From Oscillospiraceae bacterium (lineage in GTDB: Bacteria > Bacillota > Clostridia > TANB77 > CAG-508): a DNA stretch of 32,000 nucleotides. The position numbers and the translations under genes were made by a program. The notes under the pieces are model-generated. The model was not told where the DNA came from. It was given only the letters and a program-made list of their open reading frames with translations, and searched no databases. Of this stretch, positions 11,693-21,594 are shown piece after piece. Each line of letters opens with the position of its first letter. Position 1 is the stretch's first letter. Location: the NCBI GenBank assembly GCA_009785865.1, contig WQVL01000006.1, positions 22,031 through 54,030 on the forward strand. Direction: 5' to 3'.

Positions 11693-11881
11693 TCATATTG
11701 TAATACCTAAGCTTCTAGAAATGAATGGCCAATTGGAAGAGATATCACAACAAGCGACGGAAGAGAATAGCACACTTATATTATTAAAATAAATAATGCA
11801 AAAAAGGGAAGCAGAGCAACACACAAATTTGTATAATGTCTCATAGTATATTAAAGAACGGAAATGATTTAGGGGGCATAT

Positions 11882-12226
11882 ATGAATGAGTTTATAATAA
11901 ATAGTGTGTTTTGGGTGTTAGCACTATACGGACTTATAGAGATTATTAAAACGGTAATATATAGTTTTACATATACAGAACTGTCAGCTGAAGGAGTTTA
12001 TGTAATAGTTGTAGCAAAAAATGGAGAAGAAAAAATAGAAGGTTTTATTCGATCTTTTTTATCAAGGTTACTATGTCAAAAAGAGAGCATGCCTACGAAT
12101 ATAGTAATAGCGGGATTAGATTCGCAAGATAAAACAGATGAAATATTGTTGAAATTGAAAAAGGAATATAAAAATATAAGATTTACTAATTGGGAAGAAT
12201 GTAAAGAAATAATTGAAGGAATATGA
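11882..12226 (+). CDS. hypothetical membrane-anchored protein
   Basis: 114-aa ORF with a GGGGG RBS-like stretch upstream and an N-terminal TM segment (VFWVLALYGLIEIIKTVIY). Confidence 0.5.
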   Translation: MNEFIINSVFWVLALYGLIEIIKTVIYSFTYTELSAEGVYVIVVAKNGEEKIEGFIRSFLSRLLCQKESMPTNIVIAGLDSQDKTDEILLKLKKEYKNIRFTNWEECKEIIEGI

Positions 12227-12310
12227 TAAGAAATAATATAGAGAGTAATTGAAGGAGAAAAAATTAGAAGGGACTTTTAATAAGTCCCTTTTATGTGGTA
12301 GAATGCAAAT

Positions 12311-14575
12311 ATGGAATTAAAAGGACATATAGAAGAGATAATATATCAAAATGAAGTGAATAGTTATACAGTAGCAGAGTTGCATACATCATCAGATTCT
12401 GTAATGATTGTAGGGTATCTTCCGTTTATAAATAAAGGAGATACTTTAAAATTGTTTGGGAAATATGTTACTCACCAAGAGTATGGAGAGCAGTTTAAGA
12501 TTGAAACATTTGAAAAGATGATGCCAGAGTCAGTGGATGCTACCGAAAAATATTTAGCTGGTGGACTTATCAAAGGAGTGGGTCCAGCAACAAGTAAAAG
12601 GATAGTAGAACATTTTGGAGAAGAAACACTATCAGTGTTAAGGTTTGAGCCTGAAAAGTTATCACGTGTAAAAGGAATAACAAAAGATAAGGCTATACTT
12701 ATAGGTGAAGAGTTTAACGAGAAATGGGACTTGTGGCAAATAGTTAGTTTTTTAGAGAAGTTTGGAATAGGGGCAGCAAACAGTAAAAAGGTATATGAGG
12801 CTATTCGGGAAAGACGCTATAGAAAAAATAGAAGAAAATCCATATATGCTTGTGGACATAGTTTATGGTGTGGATTTTAAACAAATAGATAAAATGGCTA
12901 TAAATCTGGGAACTTCATGCAATGATGAGAGAAGAATAAAAAGCAGTATTAAATATGCTTTGGTTTTGTCTAGCTATAATGGGCATACTTGTGTGATTAA
13001 AGAAAACCTAATTCAGTTTGTACTAGACATATTGTCGGCGGGTGCAGGAGAAGTATCTATAGAAGATGTACAAAATTGCTTGATAGATTTAAAAGTAATA
13101 GGGGAAGTTGTTGAAGATAATAGAGATAACGGCGATGGAGATTCTGATGGATCATTTATTTACTTAAAGATACTACATAGTTGTGAACAAATGATAGCAG
13201 AAAAATTAGTTGCTTTGGATAAAACGAAAAATATAAAGAAGATAAAAAACTTTAAAGCTGAGCTTGAAAAAATAGAGAATAAAGAAGATATAATTTTATC
13301 GAGCAAACAAAGGGAAGCGGTAGAAGCTGTAAACGAAAATAATGTTTGCGTTATAACGGGTATGCCTGGAACAGGAAAAACAACAACTATAAGGTCTATC
13401 ATAAAGCTATATAAAAATAATAATATGAAAGTAGCTTTGTGCGCTCCTACACGGAAGAGCAGCAAAAAGAATTACTGAACAAACTGGAGAAAATGCAAGT
13501 ACAATACATAGGCTACTTGAGCTAAAGAAAATAGAAGAGACTACAAATTTATTTGATGAGGACTATCCAATAACACCAATAGATGCTGATGTGGTTATAG
13601 TGGATGAAATGTCGATGGTAGACTTATACATCATGAACTATATTTTAAAAGGCATATACTTAGGTACTAAATTAATCTTATTAGGAGATGTTAATCAATT
13701 GCCATCAGTAGGACCAGGCAACATATTAAAAGACATTATACAATCTGAGAGGATTGCTACAGCCCAATTGACAGAAATATTTAGACAAGCAGAAGAAAGC
13801 AAGATAATAGTAAACAGCCATAGAGTAAATGAAGGAGAAACTTTTACAGATGAAACAAAGAACGATGGAGATAGCTCAAAACAACAAGACTTTTTTTATG
13901 TCAATGAATCTTCTCAAGCTAAAGCATTAGATACAGTGATATCATTATGTACAGGAAGGTTAGAAAGCTATGGCAATTATGAATTTTTTAGTAATATCCA
14001 AGTTTTATCTCCAACAAAAAAAGGGACGCTAGGAACTAAAGAATTAAATAGAAGCTTACAAGAAGCTTTAAATCCGTTAGAAGAACATAGTAAAGAAAGT
14101 GCAGCCCAAAAAGCGCATGGTGATAGAGTGTTTAGAATAGGCGATAGAGTTATGCAGATAAAGAACAACTATGATATCTATTGGGAAAAAGTGAATGAAG
14201 TGGAAAGTGGAGCAGGAATATTTAATGGAGAAATGGGTGCCATTAAAGAAATTGATGATACAACAAAGGCTATAGAAATCTTGTTTGATGATGATAAAAA
14301 AGCATGGTATGAGTTTGGAGATTTAGAGCAATTAGAACATAGCTATGCGGTAACAATACATAAGTCTCAACGGAAGTGAGTTTGACGTAGTAATTATGTG
14401 TGTGCCTCAAGCATATCCAGCACTTCTTACAAGAAATTTACTATATACAGGAATGACAAGAGCAAAAGAACTATTAATAGTGATAGGTAGTAAACAAGTA
14501 ATAGACTTCATGGTTCAAAACACAGACACAAAAAAAAGAAATACAGGACTTGGATATAAATTAGAGAATATATAA
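12311..14575 (+). CDS. recD2: RecD2-type SF1B ATP-dependent DNA helicase; continuous only with three +1 shifts at CGG 12806, 13452, 14371
   Basis: Four collinear pieces: the N-terminal OB/HhH region, Walker A GMPGTGKTT, DEMSMVD, and the final piece SEFDVVIMCVP..LLYTGMTRAKELLIVIG ending at taa 14573-14575. Each junction is at an in-frame CGG. Confidence 0.88.
12806..12808 (+). other. in-frame CGG at required +1 frameshift
   Basis: Context gct att CGG gaa. The +1 reading gives EAI-G-KDAIEKIEENPYMLV (ORF 12795..13478 frame). The extra base could be the C or one G. Confidence 0.7.
13452..13454 (+). other. in-frame CGG at required +1 frameshift
   Basis: Context cct aca CGG aag. The +1 reading gives LCAPT-G-RAAKRITEQTG, restoring helicase motif Ia (APTGRAAKR). 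Confidence 0.88.
14371..14373 (+). other. in-frame CGG at required +1 frameshift
   Basis: Context tct caa CGG aag tga. The +1 reading gives TIHKSQ-G-SEFDVV, restoring the conserved HKSQGSE motif. Confidence 0.88.
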
Positions 14576-14584
14576 ATACAAGAA

Positions 14585-14612
14585 GCACCTTGTGTAAACA
14601 AGGTGCATTTTT
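14585..14612 (+). terminator. intrinsic terminator after recD2
   Basis: Stem GCACCTTG / CAAGGTGC, followed by ATTTTTG. Confidence 0.65.
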
Positions 14613-14647
14613 GTAAGGCAAACTTGCCTCTTTACTTAGTTTGTTGT

Positions 14648-15247
14648 TCAGTCGTCGCGTTCTTTTAAAGCGTCGCGGAGTTCGGCGTCTTCGAAAATTC
14701 TTAACAAAAGATTAAGATTTTGTAGGAAATCTGCATGGTCTTTATTAGGAACTTTCATCCTAGTACAGACGTTTGCATATCTGGGGATATCTTTTGCTAA
14801 TCGATCGATATATGCCCAGCCATCTTCAGTTCTCCTAGCAGAACTTATTCTCTTTAGAAGAATTTCCATTGGAACTTGGAGTTCCACAGTTATAATTGTA
14901 CGCTTTCCGGCAAGCTTTTCTACAAGCTCTTTCATAGTTTCAGGAGTACAATGCAATATATCTCCGTTTTCAACGTGTTCTTCTTGATAGCCATAGTAAT
15001 GCTCATATGGCTTAGTGTTCGTAATAAAAACATTGTTTGCTAGCATACTTTCAAATTTTTCTGTGCTAACAAAGTGAGCATCAATTCCATCGACCTCATC
15101 ATTGCGTCTTGGGCGCGTCATTGTACTCATTACTTCTACATAACCATGTTTTTTGCAGAAGGCTCTTACGAGCAGACTTTTGCCAGAAGCTGTGGGGCCT
15201 ACCAGAATTACTAATACCCGCGGCTCTTGATTGTCTGGCGTTGACAT
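14648..15247 (-). CDS. guanylate-kinase-like P-loop protein (divergent paralog), GC-richer than flanks
   Basis: GPTASGKS P-loop followed by TRPRRNDEVDGIDAHFVS..F, resembling the Gmk TTRxxRxxExdGxdYxF motif. ATG 15247 is preferred (the track start 15256 is TTG). It contains an in-frame CGG (15218-15220) read as Arg without a shift. Confidence 0.6.
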   Translation of the reverse strand: MSTPDNQEPRVLVILVGPTASGKSLLVRAFCKKHGYVEVMSTMTRPRRNDEVDGIDAHFVSTEKFESMLANNVFITNTKPYEHYYGYQEEHVENGDILHCTPETMKELVEKLAGKRTIITVELQVPMEILLKRISSARRTEDGWAYIDRLAKDIPRYANVCTRMKVPNKDHADFLQNLNLLLRIFEDAELRDALKERDD

Positions 15248-15389
15248 AAAAATCAAAGCTTTCTCTATCCTATAATATATAGGAATTTGATTATTCTATA
15301 GACCTGTCTAGGAATATAGTACTTAACATTATAACATTTTTTATTGAAGTTGTCTACTTGACACGAGACTACAGCATGCATTGCAAGAA

Positions 15390-15416
15390 TTGACAAGAGT
15401 AGGTTTTTAATATAAA
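15390..15416 (+). promoter_or_regulatory. possible promoter for recG
   Basis: TTGACA at 15390-15395, then a TATAAA/ATAAAT -10-like hexamer 15-16 nt downstream. Confidence 0.35.
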
Positions 15417-15454
15417 TTAGTTTCAAATAAAGTAATATGAATTTTGGAGGAAAT

Positions 15455-17535
15455 ATGATAAATCTTAGTAAGGATGTAAAGTTCATAAAGGGAGTGCGGA
15501 CCTAATAGAGTTAAATTGTTAAATAATTTGGGCATATTTACTTTGCAAGATTTAATTACATACTTTCCAAGAACATATGAAGATAGAAGTAAGCCTAAAA
15601 ATATTTTAGATGTAGTGGATGGCGAAGAGGTTTTAATTGAAGCTGTTTGTGTTACAAAAATGAGTGTGGCTAGAATCAGAAAGAATATGGCAATATGTAA
15701 GTTGGCTGTCAGAGATGAAACAGCTGCATGTCAAATTACATGGTTTAATCAAGCATATTTAAAAGATAAATTTGTAGTCCGGTGAGAAATATAAATTCTA
15801 CGGAAAAGTTAAAAGAAAATTAGGTCAGATAGAATTGAGTTCGCCGGTATTTGATCATGTGAATGAAGAATCAAATATTCCTACAAAGAATACAGGAAAA
15901 ATAATTCCTTTGTATCCATTAACATATAGTTTGTCTCAAAATGTTATAAGGCAAATAATTGAAAATGGATTAAAAGAAATAGGAGAAGTGTTAGAAGAAA
16001 CGCTTCCAGAATATTTATTAGAAGAATATAATTTGATTGATTTAAATACAGCAATAACAGAAATTCATTTTCCTAAAGATTTTGAAGGATATAATAAGGC
16101 TCGCAAAAGATTAGTTTATGAGGAATTATTAACTTTGCAGTTAGCATTACTTAATTTGAAGAACAAGTATACTGTAGATGTAAAAGGGATATGTTTTGAT
16201 AAAACAGTTAAGATCTCAAATATGTTAGATAAACTTCCGTTTAAGCTGACTAAGGCTCAAACAAGAGTTTTAGAAGAGATAGAAAGCGATATGGAAAACG
16301 AAAAACCGATGAATAGATTGCTCCAAGGAGATGTAGGGTCAGGAAAAACAATTGTGTCTATGATGGCTGCGTATAAGGCTGTAAAGAGTGGATATCAAGC
16401 TACTGTTATGGTTCCAACGGCGATTCTGGCTAAACAACATTTAGATAATTTTGAAAAGATATTAGAGGGAGTAAAATGTGAACTACTAACAAGCAATATT
16501 ACGAAAAAGAAGAAAGAAGAATTGTTAGAAAGATTACAAAAAGGTGAAATAGATATTTTGATTGGAACGCACGCAGTATTAGAAGAAAATGTAGTGTTTA
16601 ATAATTTAGGATTAGTTGTGACAGATGAGCAGCATAGATTTGGAGTGAGACAAAGAGGTATAATTAATAAAAAAGGAGAGAATCCAGATGTGTTAGTCAT
16701 GACTGCGACTCCAATACCAAGAACTTTAGCACTTATACTATATGGAGATTTAGACATATCAATAATTGATGAGCTTCCGCCAAATAGAAAAGTGATTGAT
16801 ACGTTTGCTGTTACTAAAGGAATGGAACCTAGGATAAATAGTTTTATTAAAGAGCAAATTGATGAAGGAAGACAAGCATATATAGTATGTCCTTTAGTTG
16901 AACAAAATGAGGAAGAAGAAGCTGAGCAAAATTATCCTCCTTTGAAATCCGTTGTGGAACTTGCAGAAGAATATAAGACAAAAGTATTTGCAGAATATAA
17001 AGTGGAATACATACATGGCAAGTTAAAACCTAAAGAGAAAGAAGCTATTATGCAAGAGTTTAAAGAAGGAAACATTGATATACTAATTGCAACTACTGTT
17101 ATAGAAGTAGGGGTTGATGTACCAAATGCTAACATAATGGTCATAGAAAATGCAGAGAGATTTGGACTAGCTACGCTTCACCAGTTAAGAGGAAGAGTAG
17201 GGAGAGGAGAACACAAATCATATTGTGTACTAAAATATCAAGGACACTCTGATTTAATAAAACAAAGAATGACAGTTATGACGAAAACGAATGATGGTTT
17301 TGTTATATCAGAAAAAGATTTAGAACTTCGTGGATCAGGAGAATTCTTTGGGACAAAGCAACATGGACTTCCTGAATTTAAAATAGCAAATCTTTTTGAA
17401 GATAGAGAGATGTTAAAAGGTGTGCAAAGTGTAGCGATGAAAATAATGGACAAAGATCCTAATTTAGAAAAAGAAGAAAATGTAAGATTAAAGAAAATTG
17501 TAGAAAATAAATTTAAAATAGGAATTGAAATGTAG
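15455..17535 (+). CDS. recG: ATP-dependent DNA helicase RecG; continuous only with two +1 shifts at CGG 15497 and 15780
   Basis: GGAGG RBS, then ATG 15455 giving MINLSKDVKFIKGV. It continues GPNRVKLLNNLGIFTLQDL (ORF 15516..), then GEKYKFYGKVKRKLGQIELSSPVF (ORF 15835..). Motifs GDVGSGKT, DEQHRFG and TATPIPRT are present. Confidence 0.9.
15497..15499 (+). other. in-frame CGG at required +1 frameshift
   Basis: Context gga gtg CGG acc taa. The +1 reading gives KGV-G-PNRVKLL, the RecG N-terminal G(V/I)GP helix-hairpin motif. Confidence 0.85.
15780..15782 (+). other. in-frame CGG at required +1 frameshift
   Basis: Context gta gtc CGG tga. The +1 reading gives KFVV-G-EKYKFYGKV, running into ORF 15835..17535. 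Confidence 0.8.
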
Positions 17536-17568
17536 TATAAGCACTGAAGGGTCAAATATAAAGTAATG

Positions 17569-17603
17569 AGCGGAGATTCAACTGACGAATCCCCGCTTTT
17601 TTA
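17569..17603 (+). terminator. intrinsic terminator after recG
   Basis: Stem AGCGGAGATTC / GAATCCCCGCT (one mismatch), followed by T5-6. Confidence 0.7.
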
Positions 17604-17623
17604 CTTTAGCTATTTATGGCATA

Positions 17624-18565
17624 TTAATTGTTTGTAGCCAATTTGGCAAGTGCGATTGCGCCTTCTGCACTAAGTGCTGTACAAATGAATCCGCCAGGAT
17701 GGCAGAATATTGCATCAGCAACACCTGTAAGTGTGGCTAGATCTTCAGGAGACTTGCCACGCCAATCAGCAGGAAGAGGCTTGCGTTGACCAAAACTACC
17801 AAGGGCATCAGGTACACATTGGCAGTTGTATCCTAGCCTAGGCGATGGAAATACGACAAAAAGAATTTCCGGTGCCTTTGGGTTGGAGCTGTCGAAGATT
17901 ATCTCGTTCCAAGGTATAAACCTTTTTAAAAACACTATGCCGTTTTCCGCAATAGTTATTAAATTGTCTAAAATGTCTACGGCTTTTAGTTTAGCTATAG
18001 CTTCGTTGAATTTGTTGTCAAAGATGGTTTCTGCGAAGCTTACTGCTTTTTCAAAAGCCTTATCAAAGTTTTCTGAGCTATCCCATGTGGGATTAAAGCT
18101 GCTAACCATTGTTGATAATGACATTATCTTTGCAGGGCAACCTGACTTAGGCACTACACCATTATCCATTGCGTCGATGCCTTGTATAATGTCTTGGTCA
18201 ATCATTGCAAAAAGTTCTTGGTGGGTGAAAGGATATTCTTTGCCATCTAACAAGATGGCAATTACGTCCAGTCCGAAAGCTTTCCAAAGGAGACCGCAAG
18301 AGGCGTATGGCACGCCGTTCTCCCGCTTTCCGTTGCCGCCTTCTTGATGGTGATCATATTCACCCAGGCCTATGTCGAAAACTATAACATCTTCGTCATC
18401 AGGAATGTCGTCAGGGACTCGGGCAGTCCTCATAAGAATTACAGCTCCTAATTTCTTAAGGATTACTGTGCCCATGACTTCATCTCCGTGAAAGAGACCA
18501 TTGTGGGTTACTGCTGTTGCAAGTTTTGGGTTCTCTGTGAAGTGCAAAGAGTTAGTTTCTAACAT
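17624..18565 (-). CDS. MYG1/UPF0160-family metal-dependent hydrolase-like protein, GC-richer
   Basis: THNGLFHGDEV near the N-terminus and GEYDHHQ motif. AAGGAGG lies 7 nt before ATG 18565. There is an in-frame CGG at 18323-18325 read as Arg. Confidence 0.7.
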   Translation of the reverse strand: MLETNSLHFTENPKLATAVTHNGLFHGDEVMGTVILKKLGAVILMRTARVPDDIPDDEDVIVFDIGLGEYDHHQEGGNGKRENGVPYASCGLLWKAFGLDVIAILLDGKEYPFTHQELFAMIDQDIIQGIDAMDNGVVPKSGCPAKIMSLSTMVSSFNPTWDSSENFDKAFEKAVSFAETIFDNKFNEAIAKLKAVDILDNLITIAENGIVFLKRFIPWNEIIFDSSNPKAPEILFVVFPSPRLGYNCQCVPDALGSFGQRKPLPADWRGKSPEDLATLTGVADAIFCHPGGFICTALSAEGAIALAKLATNN

Positions 18566-18789
18566 ACATATTCCTCCTTGGCTCTTGGCCATAAATAGCT
18601 GCCGTTAGTCAAATGCTCATATTTTAGGTATATATCATTTCAACCCAAATAATTAAGCTAGACTTTTGGCAACCAAATTTTTTTGGTTTTCAATGTGCTA
18701 TGAAGTAATTATATCATGATTTATAGTATTATGTAAAATGAGTGTTGGAATTTGACAAATTTAGTTCTATGCATCAATGCTAATTTTTC

Positions 18790-18847
18790 ACACAAAAGCA
18801 CAAAGGGCTTGCTAACTTCCGCGAGGAGAGTTAACAAGCCCTTTGTG
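18790..18847 (-). terminator. long hairpin terminator downstream of the 89-aa gene
   Basis: Stem of about 18 bp, CACAAAGGGCTTG(C/T)TAAC / GTTAACAAGCCCTTTGTG, followed on the minus strand by CTTTTGTGTG. Confidence 0.5.
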
Positions 18848-18853
18848 ATTAGT

Positions 18854-19123
18854 CTATCGGTACTGATAGACTAAGTGCCTGCCGGTGAGCAGGCCTATCG
18901 GCATCCCTATTAGGGACAGTAGCAAGGCTACTGGGATGCTAATCCACAGTACCACGCTACTTGTCAATAGGAACCCTCCGCCTGCTACTATCATAGCTAG
19001 GCAGAGCACCATAGCGAGCAGATCGCCCGCCATGTAAGGTTTCCAATTGACGCAGGCTCCTCTATAGGAGATCCTGCGGGACTCTCTCCAGGAGTCCCTA
19101 TAAACCGATAAAATTTTTCGCAT
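18854..19123 (-). CDS. small two-TM membrane protein, GC about 50 percent
   Basis: 89-aa ORF with two hydrophobic helices. Its composition contrasts strongly with the window: 31 G+C in line 18901-18960 versus 16 in line 29041-29100, counted by hand. Confidence 0.4.
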   Translation of the reverse strand: MRKILSVYRDSWRESRRISYRGACVNWKPYMAGDLLAMVLCLAMIVAGGGFLLTSSVVLWISIPVALLLSLIGMPIGLLTGRHLVYQYR

Positions 19124-19419
19124 ACGCGCGAAATCCTTTCCCGAGGTAGATTTGGACTAGGGGGGTCAATAAAGGCCTCCTCGCGCGGCCTTCCTAGTTA
19201 GGAAGAGCCTAAAATACAAGGTCTTCTACTTATGATTATATCACGCCATTGTGAAAAAGTCAATAATTATATCATGCTTTACAACAAAAGTCAATATGTT
19301 TTTTGTTGTCAGCAGAGTGACTGCTGGTTTGCAAAACATATGTTGCACATTGGTTGAAACTTGGCGAAGAATGAAGTATTATGAAGGTATAGAAAAAGAG
19401 TATGAAAGGTGAAGTTTTA

Positions 19420-19725
19420 ATGCCATTATTTAAAGAAATATATGAGATGTGCAAAAAAATACCAAAAGGAAAAGTAGCAACATATGGACAAATTGCAATA
19501 TTAATTGGAAGGCCAAGATGCGCTAGACAGGTTGGCTGGGCTTTGCATGGAGTGCCAGAAGAAGAAAATGTGCCTTGTCATAGAGTTGTTAATAGGTTTG
19601 GTGGATTGTGTAAGTGTTTTGGTTTTGGTGGGCCAGAAATGCAAAAGCAACTTTTGGAAGCAGAAGGTATTCATGTAAGAACAGACTATACAGTGGACTT
19701 AAAAGAATATATTTGGGAGAATTAG
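19420..19725 (+). CDS. MGMT-family DNA-binding domain protein (stand-alone C-terminal domain, PCHR retained)
   Basis: IPKGKVATYGQIA..ARQVGWAL..VPCHRVVN matches the methylated-DNA-protein-cysteine methyltransferase DNA-binding domain. ATG 19420 follows AAAGGTGA. Confidence 0.72.
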   Translation: MPLFKEIYEMCKKIPKGKVATYGQIAILIGRPRCARQVGWALHGVPEEENVPCHRVVNRFGGLCKCFGFGGPEMQKQLLEAEGIHVRTDYTVDLKEYIWEN

Positions 19726-19864
19726 TGATTCGCAACAATGAATAGAACCGGAGTGGTAACATAATATTTGAAAACATTGTAAGAATATGTTAAAATTGAT
19801 AGTGAAAAGGTTTTGATACTTTTTTAATCTTCATTAATAAAAACTTAAAGGGAGGTACATTTAA

Positions 19865-20401
19865 ATGGAGAATCAGGATTTTGAAAAAGTTGTAACAATT
19901 AATGCGGAAGATCTTAAAGGTCTTACCGAAGAACAATTTGCGTGGCTGCCGGAAGATACGAAAGCTGCGTGTGACTTGAAGGCATGGATAATGGCGAGTG
20001 TTAAGAGGCTTGCTGTTGAACCAAGCCTTATAAGAAGTTTTGTAAACTACCGTTATAAAAAAGACGGAGTGGTGCGCAACAGCAAACAAATAGTAATATG
20101 TCTTAATAATGCTAAGGAGTTGCGGTCGTGGAACACGACGAGCCATGAAATTGGTCTTGAGTGGGCAGTAGAGGTGGCAAAACATGGAATGGAAGCGGTA
20201 TCTATGCTTGCATACCAACAAGATATGTCAGATGGGCAGCTCGTTGTTCCTGACTTTGATAATCCTCGGATTATTTATTGGGTAGGTGGATGGTACAAAA
20301 CTGAAGGTATTGCGCCAGCATCTGTGAGCAAAGTGTGTTCTGTTGGGAAGAGAAAAGAGAGTAGTACGTTTGTGACAGCAAAGTCGGCGTTAGTAGCATA
20401 A
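19865..20401 (+). CDS. hypothetical protein (178 aa), GC-richer, two in-frame CGG read as Arg
   Basis: GGGAGG RBS before ATG 19865. It is a long open frame with no recognisable motif. In-frame CGG codons are at 20123-20125 and 20267-20269. Confidence 0.5.
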   Translation: MENQDFEKVVTINAEDLKGLTEEQFAWLPEDTKAACDLKAWIMASVKRLAVEPSLIRSFVNYRYKKDGVVRNSKQIVICLNNAKELRSWNTTSHEIGLEWAVEVAKHGMEAVSMLAYQQDMSDGQLVVPDFDNPRIIYWVGGWYKTEGIAPASVSKVCSVGKRKESSTFVTAKSALVA

Positions 20402-20433
20402 GCATAATGGTAAATAAGAAAAATCTTGATCTA

Positions 20434-20459
20434 AGAAGCGTCAGTTTGACGCTTCTTTA
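20434..20459 (+). terminator. hairpin terminator after the 178-aa gene
   Basis: Stem AGAAGCGTCA / TGACGCTTCT with a weak T tract. Confidence 0.45.
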
Positions 20460-20550
20460 GTTATATTGTTTTGTTGATTAAATATATTGTAATATTAAAA
20501 CCGTTATGATAAAATATAATCGTTAAATTGTATGAAATTGAAGGAAAGAT

Positions 20551-21571
20551 ATGTTTATTAGAGATTATGACTTAAATGAATTAAAAGAAATGTTTGTAGA
20601 GCTAGGCGAAAAGCCATATAGAGCGGAGCAAGTATTTAGTTGGTTATATAAAGAGAAAGCATCTAACTTTGATGAAATGACTAATCTTTCTTTGGAACTG
20701 AGAAGCAAGTTAAAGGAAAAGTTTGAACTATATACATTTAATATACTGGACAAACAAGTCTCAAAAGATGGAACTAAAAAATACTTATTTGAATTGCATG
20801 ATGGGAATACTATAGAAACAGTACTTATGGAACACAGACATGGAAGAACTATTTGTGTGTCTTCACAGGTTCGGATGTAAAATGGGATGTAAGTTTTGTG
20901 CATCTAGTTATACAGAATTTGCTAGAAACTTGAGTAGTGGAGAAATAGTGGAGCAGTTATTAGCAATAGAAAGAGATGAAGAAATTAAAGTATCTAATGT
21001 AGTGTTCATGGGAATCGGAGAACCATTAGACAACTATGATAATGTAATGAATAGTGTGAAGATACTTAATAATCAAAGAGGAATAAATATTGGAGCAAGA
21101 CATATAAGCATTTCAACAAGTGGTATAGTCCCTAGAATATATAGCTTGGCTGATGAAAATATACAGTGTACATTATCAATATCATTACATAGTAGTAATG
21201 ATAAAGTAAGAAGTGAAATGATGCCAGTAAACAAGGTATATCCAATTAAAGAGCTTATGGAATCTTGTAAATACTATATACAGAAAACAAATAGAAGGAT
21301 ATCATTTGAATATGCTTTAGCTAAAGATAGCAATAACAATTTAAGAGATGCAGAAGAATTAGCAAAGTTATTAAAAGGCATGTTATGCCATGTGAACCTT
21401 ATACCAATAAATAGGATTGAAGAAGAGGCGAGAATGATTCGTCCGAGTAATGAAAGTATAATGCAGTTTAGAGATCACTTAAATAAAAGAGGAATAGTTG
21501 CCACAATAAGAAGAGAGCTAGGCGGAGATATAGATGCTGCTTGTGGACAGCTTAGGAGAAAACACTTATGA
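20551..21571 (+). CDS. rlmN: 23S rRNA/tRNA adenine-C2 methyltransferase RlmN (radical SAM); needs +1 shift at CGG 20872
   Basis: KPYRAEQVFSWLY N-terminus. After the shift it reads VSSQV-G-CKMGCKFCAS, the CxxxCxxC cluster motif. GIGEPL and ACGQL are also present. Confidence 0.9.
20872..20874 (+). other. in-frame CGG at required +1 frameshift
   Basis: Context cag gtt CGG atg taa. The +1 reading gives QV-G-CKMGCKFC, restoring the radical-SAM motif. Confidence 0.88.
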
Positions 21572-21594
21572 AGTGGAAGGAAGGTACGATAGAC

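Noticed and set aside
15265-15486. A 73-aa minus-strand ORF in the gmk-like/recG divergent promoter region.
   Set aside because: It is AT-rich with a low-complexity translation and no RBS, and it overlaps the recG start and promoter. It is likely spurious.
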